From assembly GCA_030619905.1 (NCBI GenBank), contig JAUXAO010000002.1:129193-193192 (forward strand): DNA of 64,000 nt, written 5' to 3'. Under the pieces are notes generated by a model that had not been told where the DNA came from, searched no databases, and was given only the letters and a program-made list of their open reading frames with translations. Shown piece after piece: positions 58,451 through 64,000 of this stretch (its first letter is position 1; every line of letters begins with the position of its first letter). The stretch comes from a bacterium (lineage in GTDB: Bacteria > Patescibacteriota > Minisyncoccia > Minisyncoccales > CG1-02-41-26). Made by a program: the position numbers and the translations under genes.

Positions 58451-59368
58451 TTATATATTTAAAAATAAAGTTTCTAAAGCTAATTTCCGGTTAATATTTG
58501 TATTGGAAACTAGAAATCTTATCTTTTCACCTATTTTTATAATATCTTTTATTCTTTCTAATGAATAAGATTTGTTGAAATCTCTAGATATTTTAAGTTT
58601 ACTTGCATTTTGTGAAAAAATCTTCGGTAAGGCTGAACATTTTGAAAGTAAAGCTAATCTAAAGTATCTTAAAAAAATATTTAAAAATTCTTTTGAATTA
58701 TTTTCCTGAAAAAAATCATTTAAATATTTAAAACGAGAACTAATGTTAGAATCAACAAGCTTTTGAACATCCTCAAACATCTGCCACCAAACTTCTAATT
58801 TTTCAGGATTTTTAAGAAAATCTATGGCTTTTCCTGGTCTACCTTCAGAAATAAAAACTAATTTCTCAAGGTTTAATAAAGAAGTTTTTGATTTTAAAAA
58901 ATCTCTCATCTCTGCTGAAGCTAATGGATAAAACTCTAAGGATTGAACTCTGGAACGAACTGTTTCAAATAACATTTCTGGACTTGAAGAGATAAGGAAT
59001 AAAATTGCTTGTCCCTTAGGTTCTTCTAATGTTTTAAGGAGACAGTTCTGAGCTTGAGCTGTCATCTTTTCAGCTTCATCTATAATTGCTATTTTGAAAG
59101 GAGCAGAAAAAGGCCTGAGACTTAATGCCTTCTGTATATCTCTTATCTGAGAAATCTGAATAGATGGTTGTGGTTCAACCATTATAAGGTCTGGGTGGTT
59201 CTTTGATAAATCTTTCTTTTGATCATTGATTAATTTAACAAATTCTAATGCTACGGTCTTTTTACCCAATCCATCAACTCCAGAAAACAAATAAGCATGA
59301 GAAATTCTTGAGTTCTCAAATGATTTTTTTAAAAACTCCCTTTGGATTTTATGACCAACAATCGCCAT
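58451..59368 (-). CDS. holB: DNA polymerase III delta-prime subunit
   Basis: HAYLFSGVDGLGKKT, KIAIIDEAEKMTAQAQNCLLKTLEEP, RVQS. Confidence 0.8.
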   Translation of the reverse strand: MAIVGHKIQREFLKKSFENSRISHAYLFSGVDGLGKKTVALEFVKLINDQKKDLSKNHPDLIMVEPQPSIQISQIRDIQKALSLRPFSAPFKIAIIDEAEKMTAQAQNCLLKTLEEPKGQAILFLISSSPEMLFETVRSRVQSLEFYPLASAEMRDFLKSKTSLLNLEKLVFISEGRPGKAIDFLKNPEKLEVWWQMFEDVQKLVDSNISSRFKYLNDFFQENNSKEFLNIFLRYFRLALLSKCSALPKIFSQNASKLKISRDFNKSYSLERIKDIIKIGEKIRFLVSNTNINRKLALETLFLNI

Positions 59369-60376
59369 TTATTTCTTGTTCATTATACTCCTCTTGTAAG
59401 CGTCAAGATTCTCAACTACTACTCCTGTTCCTTTAACTACGCAGTATAATGGCTGGTCAGCTCGAAAACAAGGAACACCAGTAGTTTTGGCTATAAGTTC
59501 ATCAATGTTTCTTAAAAGTGACCCTCCGCCAGCAATAATCATTCCTTTGTTCATAATATCAGCAGAAAGTTCAGGAGGAGTATTTCTTAAAACTTGTTTC
59601 ACTACTCCAATAATCTCTTTAAGAACGTCTTGCAGGGCCTGAGCTGTTTCATTAGAAGAGACCTTTATATTACGAGGCAAACCAGAGATTAAATCTCTTC
59701 CTCTGATTTCTAAAAATTCTTCTTTCTTTTTTGGCAAAGCTGTACCAATTTTTATCTTTATCTCTTCAGCTGTCTGGGTACCCACAGCTAAATTATGTTT
59801 TTTCTTAATGTATTCAGCTATAGCTTCATCCATCTTATCTCCTCCAGACCTGACCGAACTTACAGTAACAATGCCTCCTAGAGAAATTACGGCCATCTCT
59901 GAAGTTCCTCCGCCAATATCAATAATCATATTACCCTCACAAGAATTAATAGGAATTCCTGCTCCAATAGCCGCTAAAATTGGCTCTTTAGCTATAAAGG
60001 CCGCTTTAGCTCCAGCACTTAAGGCTGCTTCTATTACTGCCCTCCGCTCGGTTGAACTACTTCCGGCTGGTACAGAAACAACAAGATCTGGTTTAAAAAG
60101 CCGAAATTTCCCTTGGGCTTCCTCAATAAAATGCTTAAGCATTGCCTGGGTCACTCTGTAGTCAGAAATCACTCCATCTTTGAGAGGACGATAAATTCGA
60201 ATAAAATCAGGAGTTCGGCCAATCATTGTTTTCGCTTTGAGACCAACAGCTAAAATTTTATTTTCTGATGGCGATATGGCAACAACCGATGGCTCCTCTA
60301 AGACTATGCCCTTCTTAGGGACAAAAACTAAAGAATTACAAGTTCCTAGATCAATTGCTATTTTAGTTACAAACAT
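59369..60376 (-). CDS. Actin-like MreB/Mbl (paralog 2)
   Basis: IAIDLGTCNSLVF, EEPSVVA, IDIGGGTSEMAVISLGG, IAGGGSLL. Confidence 0.88.
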   Translation of the reverse strand: MFVTKIAIDLGTCNSLVFVPKKGIVLEEPSVVAISPSENKILAVGLKAKTMIGRTPDFIRIYRPLKDGVISDYRVTQAMLKHFIEEAQGKFRLFKPDLVVSVPAGSSSTERRAVIEAALSAGAKAAFIAKEPILAAIGAGIPINSCEGNMIIDIGGGTSEMAVISLGGIVTVSSVRSGGDKMDEAIAEYIKKKHNLAVGTQTAEEIKIKIGTALPKKKEEFLEIRGRDLISGLPRNIKVSSNETAQALQDVLKEIIGVVKQVLRNTPPELSADIMNKGMIIAGGGSLLRNIDELIAKTTGVPCFRADQPLYCVVKGTGVVVENLDAYKRSIMNKK

Positions 60377-60377
60377 A

Positions 60378-61658
60378 TTATTTTACTCTTTTAATACTTG
60401 CTCCTATTTTCTGGAGCCGTTCTTCAATTTTTTCATATCCCCTATCTATTTGTTCAATATTTTCAATTGTTGTGGTTCCTTGAGCAACTAAAGCAGCAAT
60501 AACTAAGGCTATGCCTGCTCTAATATCGGGGCTGGTAATGGTTTTGCCGTACAATCTGGTGGGTCCGTTAACTATAACTCGGTGAGGATCGCACATAATA
60601 ATGTTACCTCCCATTTGGTTTAAAATATCAGTGTAAAGTAGCCTACTTTCGAACAAGGTTTCGTGGATTAAACTTTGGCCCTCAGCTTGAGTCATCAAAA
60701 CAGTAAAAGGAGGTTGAAGGTCTGTCACAAAACCAGGATATTCATGGGTAGTGACGTTAACTGTTTTCAGTTTCGGAGTGGGTTTTACTTGTACAAAATT
60801 TTCTCCTAATTCAAAATTTACTCCTGTTTTTTTAAAATGCAACCATAAAGATTCTAAATGCTGAGGATTGCAATTGTTTATTTTAATATGGCTTCCGGTA
60901 GCAGCAGCCAATATGGCAAAAGTTCCTGCTTCTATTCTATCTGGAATTAGTTTAAAAGTCCCCTTTCCCAATTTATTCACTCCCTCAATTTCAATAGTCG
61001 AGGTACCAGTTCCCTTAATTTTTGCTCCGCACTTATTCAAAAAATCAACCAGAGCTTTAATCTCTGGCTCTTGAGCAGTATTTTTCAAAATAGTTTTACC
61101 TTTAGCCAGAACAGCAGTCAAAATTAAAGCTTCTGTCCCAGTGACACTAACTCGAGGAAAAACAAAATTATTACCTCGAAGTCCCGAAGTTGTCAACCTG
61201 AATCGTCCATTGGTTTCGGTCACCTCGGCTCCTAATGTCTTGAACCCATCTAGAAATATATCAATTGGTCTTCTGCCAATTACACATCCTCCAGGATAAA
61301 TAAATTCCACTTCTCCTTTTCTGGCCAATATTGGTCCAGCTAATATAATTGAAGCTCTTATCTTTTTCGCTAAATCTTCTCTTAATTTGGTATTTTTAAT
61401 ATCTCCGGCTTTAACTTTATATATTCTCTCATCTATTTTTTCTATCTGCACTCCCAAATCTCTCAGTAACTCAATCTCATTAAACACATCTTTAACCTGG
61501 GGAACGTTTTCAATTTGCCATTCTTGATCGGTCAAAAGAGAGGCAGCAAAAATCTTTAAAGCAGCATTTTTCGCTCCATTAATCTCAATCTCTCCCTCAA
61601 GCTTCTTTCCGCCTTCAATTATAAATTTTTCACTCATTCTTTTGGTCTTAGTTTGCAA
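60378..61658 (-). CDS. murA: UDP-N-acetylglucosamine 1-carboxyvinyltransferase
   Basis: FIIEGGKKLEGEIEINGAKNAALK, PGGCVIGRRPID, DIRAG. Confidence 0.95.
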   Translation of the reverse strand: MQTKTKRMSEKFIIEGGKKLEGEIEINGAKNAALKIFAASLLTDQEWQIENVPQVKDVFNEIELLRDLGVQIEKIDERIYKVKAGDIKNTKLREDLAKKIRASIILAGPILARKGEVEFIYPGGCVIGRRPIDIFLDGFKTLGAEVTETNGRFRLTTSGLRGNNFVFPRVSVTGTEALILTAVLAKGKTILKNTAQEPEIKALVDFLNKCGAKIKGTGTSTIEIEGVNKLGKGTFKLIPDRIEAGTFAILAAATGSHIKINNCNPQHLESLWLHFKKTGVNFELGENFVQVKPTPKLKTVNVTTHEYPGFVTDLQPPFTVLMTQAEGQSLIHETLFESRLLYTDILNQMGGNIIMCDPHRVIVNGPTRLYGKTITSPDIRAGIALVIAALVAQGTTTIENIEQIDRGYEKIEERLQKIGASIKRVK

Positions 61659-61671
61659 TCTTAGATTCTTT

Positions 61672-61700
61672 ATTCTATCTCAAAACTTCGAAATTGGCAA
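61672..61700 (-). promoter_or_regulatory. Sigma70-like promoter TTGCCA-17-TAGAAT upstream of murA
   Basis: The minus strand reads TTGCCAATTTCGAAGTTTTGAGATAGAAT. Spacing counted by hand. Confidence 0.4.
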
Positions 61701-61766
61701 GGGTTCTAATAAAAAAAGCCGTTGAAACAACAACTATCTTTTTGTAATTTTTTAATTTTAAATTTC

Positions 61767-63980
61767 TTACTTTGTCGGTAATTCAATATAGAAAGTAGAG
61801 CCTTTACTTTTGCCTGGACTCCCGGCCCAAATTTTGCCTCGGTGAGCTTTTATAATATTTGAAGCAATATATAATCCTATTCCCCTGCCTAAAGCATATA
61901 ATTTCTTAGCCCCCTTACTTCTCTCAAAGGTTTCTTCGAATAAGCCGTCCAATTCTTCTTTGCTCATTCCTATCCCAGTATCCTTTACAACTATCAATAT
62001 TGTCCCTGCTTTTTGCCTTTTGATATTAACTATAACTCCTCCCTTTTCAGTATATTTAACCCCATTATCAACAATATTGTAGATTGCTTCTTTGAACTTA
62101 GATGGGTCAATTTGGACAAACGGCAAAGAAGCTGGCTTTTCTAGTTTAAGATAAATCCCTTTATTCTCAACCTCAGGTTTAATCTCTTTGATAATTTCCC
62201 TGACTAAATCTTCAATCTTAACCTTTTGCAGATTCAAAACTCCTTTGCCAACCTTAAACTGCGAAATATCTAAAAATTCATTAACTAACCTTATTAATTT
62301 CTCTGTTGATTGCTGGAAGAAAACAAGTTTTTTCCTCGTTTCTCTATTAGCTTTGCCATAGTCACCCTCTAGTATCATTGAAACATATCCTTTCATTATG
62401 GTTAATGGAGTCCTTAAATGATGCTGGGTGGCCATAATGAACTGATTTTTGGCTTCATCTAAATGTTTGAGTTCCTGATGAGCCTTTTTCTCTATTTGGT
62501 AAGATTTATTGACTTTCTCATAGGCTTCTTTAAGTTCTCTTGTCTGCTGATCAACTTTTTCTTGAAGATTCTCGGAAAGATCCTGAATCTTTTCATAAAG
62601 TCGAGCATTATCCAAAGCAACTGAAGCTTGAGTAGAAAGAGTAGTTAGAAGTTCAATGTCTTCCTGGGAATAAGGATCTCCTGAGATTTTCCTACCGAGA
62701 ACTATCACCCCAATAATTTTATCCTCCCGGAAAAGAGGTAAACAAAGATTAGCTTCAATCTTTTTCATGTTTTCTTGAAGCTTTTCTAAATTCTCTTTTT
62801 CTTTTTTAAATACAGTTTCCTTTTGGGCTAAAAACAGCTCTTCGTAAACTAAAGGCTTTTTTGTCCTCTCTAAATATTTGGTTAAAAAATTATCTTTGAC
62901 TAAAGAAATTCCATTTTCTTCTTTAAAACCAATATTTCTTAGAATAGCGTAATGACCACTCTCCTCTCTCATCAAAACAACTGTCCTGTCCAATTGCATG
63001 GTCTTTATTAAAGTATCAACAATTAAAGAGCTTAATCTTTTTAGGTTCAAGATTTTGTTTAATTTTTTCCCTAAATCACCTATGACTTTCTGATAAGAAT
63101 AGAAAGTATAATAAAAATATCTGGAAGCTAATTTTTCAAATAATCTAAAGAAAAATTGAAAGAATAAAACAGCAATAACAATAATTGAAGGTCCTAGGAT
63201 ATTAAAAGAGATAGGCTGGAGCAATCTATTATTAAGAGAAACTAAAGAAAAACTTATTCCAATGACTGACAAAAAACTGAAAATATAAATAGCCATCCGT
63301 CCTATTGCTATCCGAATATTCATTAGACGGTATTTAACAATAGCATAGGCGATAATAACTAAATAAAGACTAATCGCCCAATTTCCAATAGGAGGAACTG
63401 GAATGTCATACCATAAAAGATAATTAGTTATGCCTCCGGAATATCCTATAACAGTAGCGATGAAGACATATTTTAATTGGGCACGCCTTATCCCTGTAGA
63501 TATAGTAATTTCTTTGGCCAAAAAATAAACAGAATAAAATGCACAAAAAAGCCAAGCCAAAATAAAAGGATGATATAAAATTCCAGGATTGGGCCAAAAA
63601 GGAAAACCTAATTTGGGCACTACATTCTTAATAAATAAAGGTGTAAAATTCGAAAGGAAAAAGAAAATAAAAATTAAATAACTAGTATTTAAAAACCTTC
63701 CCTTCTCTTTTATTTTTTTAGTTAATGCAAAAAGAAAATAGAGATAGCCAATAGGAATAAAAATTGCTCCTGCCATTAAGACTCGTGACCAAAAAAGAGC
63801 TTTTTCTTGAGTAATAGCAATTTGCCAAAAAAAATAAGAATAACTCCAAACGGCTATTGCTAAACAAAATAGAGAAAAAGTCCGATTGACAAGCGATTTT
63901 TTATTTTTTAAAAAAACAAAAAGCCCGAGAATGGAACTAATAATCGCATTGAGTAAAGCTATAATGGCATAAAATCCCAT
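61767..63980 (-). CDS. Sensor histidine kinase (multi-TM N-terminus, GAF-like domain, HisKA, HATPase_c)
   Basis: About 8 N-terminal TM helices. H-box ATQHHLRTPLT. N box NIVDNGVKYT. G boxes DTGIGM and GRGIGL. Confidence 0.87.
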   Translation of the reverse strand: MGFYAIIALLNAIISSILGLFVFLKNKKSLVNRTFSLFCLAIAVWSYSYFFWQIAITQEKALFWSRVLMAGAIFIPIGYLYFLFALTKKIKEKGRFLNTSYLIFIFFFLSNFTPLFIKNVVPKLGFPFWPNPGILYHPFILAWLFCAFYSVYFLAKEITISTGIRRAQLKYVFIATVIGYSGGITNYLLWYDIPVPPIGNWAISLYLVIIAYAIVKYRLMNIRIAIGRMAIYIFSFLSVIGISFSLVSLNNRLLQPISFNILGPSIIVIAVLFFQFFFRLFEKLASRYFYYTFYSYQKVIGDLGKKLNKILNLKRLSSLIVDTLIKTMQLDRTVVLMREESGHYAILRNIGFKEENGISLVKDNFLTKYLERTKKPLVYEELFLAQKETVFKKEKENLEKLQENMKKIEANLCLPLFREDKIIGVIVLGRKISGDPYSQEDIELLTTLSTQASVALDNARLYEKIQDLSENLQEKVDQQTRELKEAYEKVNKSYQIEKKAHQELKHLDEAKNQFIMATQHHLRTPLTIMKGYVSMILEGDYGKANRETRKKLVFFQQSTEKLIRLVNEFLDISQFKVGKGVLNLQKVKIEDLVREIIKEIKPEVENKGIYLKLEKPASLPFVQIDPSKFKEAIYNIVDNGVKYTEKGGVIVNIKRQKAGTILIVVKDTGIGMSKEELDGLFEETFERSKGAKKLYALGRGIGLYIASNIIKAHRGKIWAGSPGKSKGSTFYIELPTK

Positions 63981-64000
63981 GGTTTTGCATAGTAAAACTT

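Noticed and set aside
1-64000. Alternative genetic code (UGA recoding, as in Gracilibacteria/SR1)
   Set aside because: All conserved genes translate full-length with the standard code, and several end at TGA at the expected C-termini (for example nusB).

Overview
This is a visibly AT-rich, gene-dense fragment. About 85 percent of the genes are on the minus strand. It uses the standard bacterial code: long ORFs are not broken by TGA. The gene content looks like a small-genome, CPR/Patescibacteria-type bacterium. Supporting signs are compact housekeeping genes, Lys/Glu-rich tails on ribosomal proteins S16 and L32, a ThrRS without the N-terminal TGS domain, a ProRS without the INS editing domain, and rplK not followed by rplA.

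Layout:
- 1-13.6 kb is an accessory/defence island. It holds two NUDIX-type and other small enzymes, two Rx4H (HEPN-like) proteins, a PD-(D/E)xK-like protein and several unknown membrane proteins. It also holds a type III restriction-modification operon whose mod and res genes are separated by a two-gene CBASS-like pair (a CD-NTase/SMODS nucleotidyltransferase and a Cap15-like 2TM effector).
- 13.6-33.4 kb is mostly housekeeping: tRNA-Trp/Thr/Tyr, rpmG, trmD, rpsP, rnc, nusB, rpmF, rnhB, dnaE, thrS, miaB, miaA and a polyprenyl synthase. A homing-endonuclease-like ORF abuts tRNA-Tyr, and there is a secreted DUF5667/Kazal protein.
- 33.4-41.8 kb is a patchwork. Five same-orientation copies of a dispersed repeat delimit cfa, unknown ORFs, a truncated HD-domain gene, fba-gatB-deoC-tmk and a GIY-YIG gene. 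Two copies carry a fragment of nusG coding sequence.
- 41.8-45.4 kb is a tight operon directly after secE-nusG-rplK. It combines a DUF4430 (transcobalamin-like) protein, a small 6-TM protein, dCTP deaminase, an MtrA-like corrinoid protein fused to DUF4346, an archaeal-type ThyA-like enzyme and a deoxyribosyltransferase-like protein.
- 46.7-64 kb is housekeeping: gyrB, pheTS, three tRNAs, gatCA, two mreB paralogs, proS, rseP, frr, holB, murA and a GAF histidine kinase.

All calls rest on manual motif reading of the supplied translations and on my own hand folding and alignment. No database search was possible.
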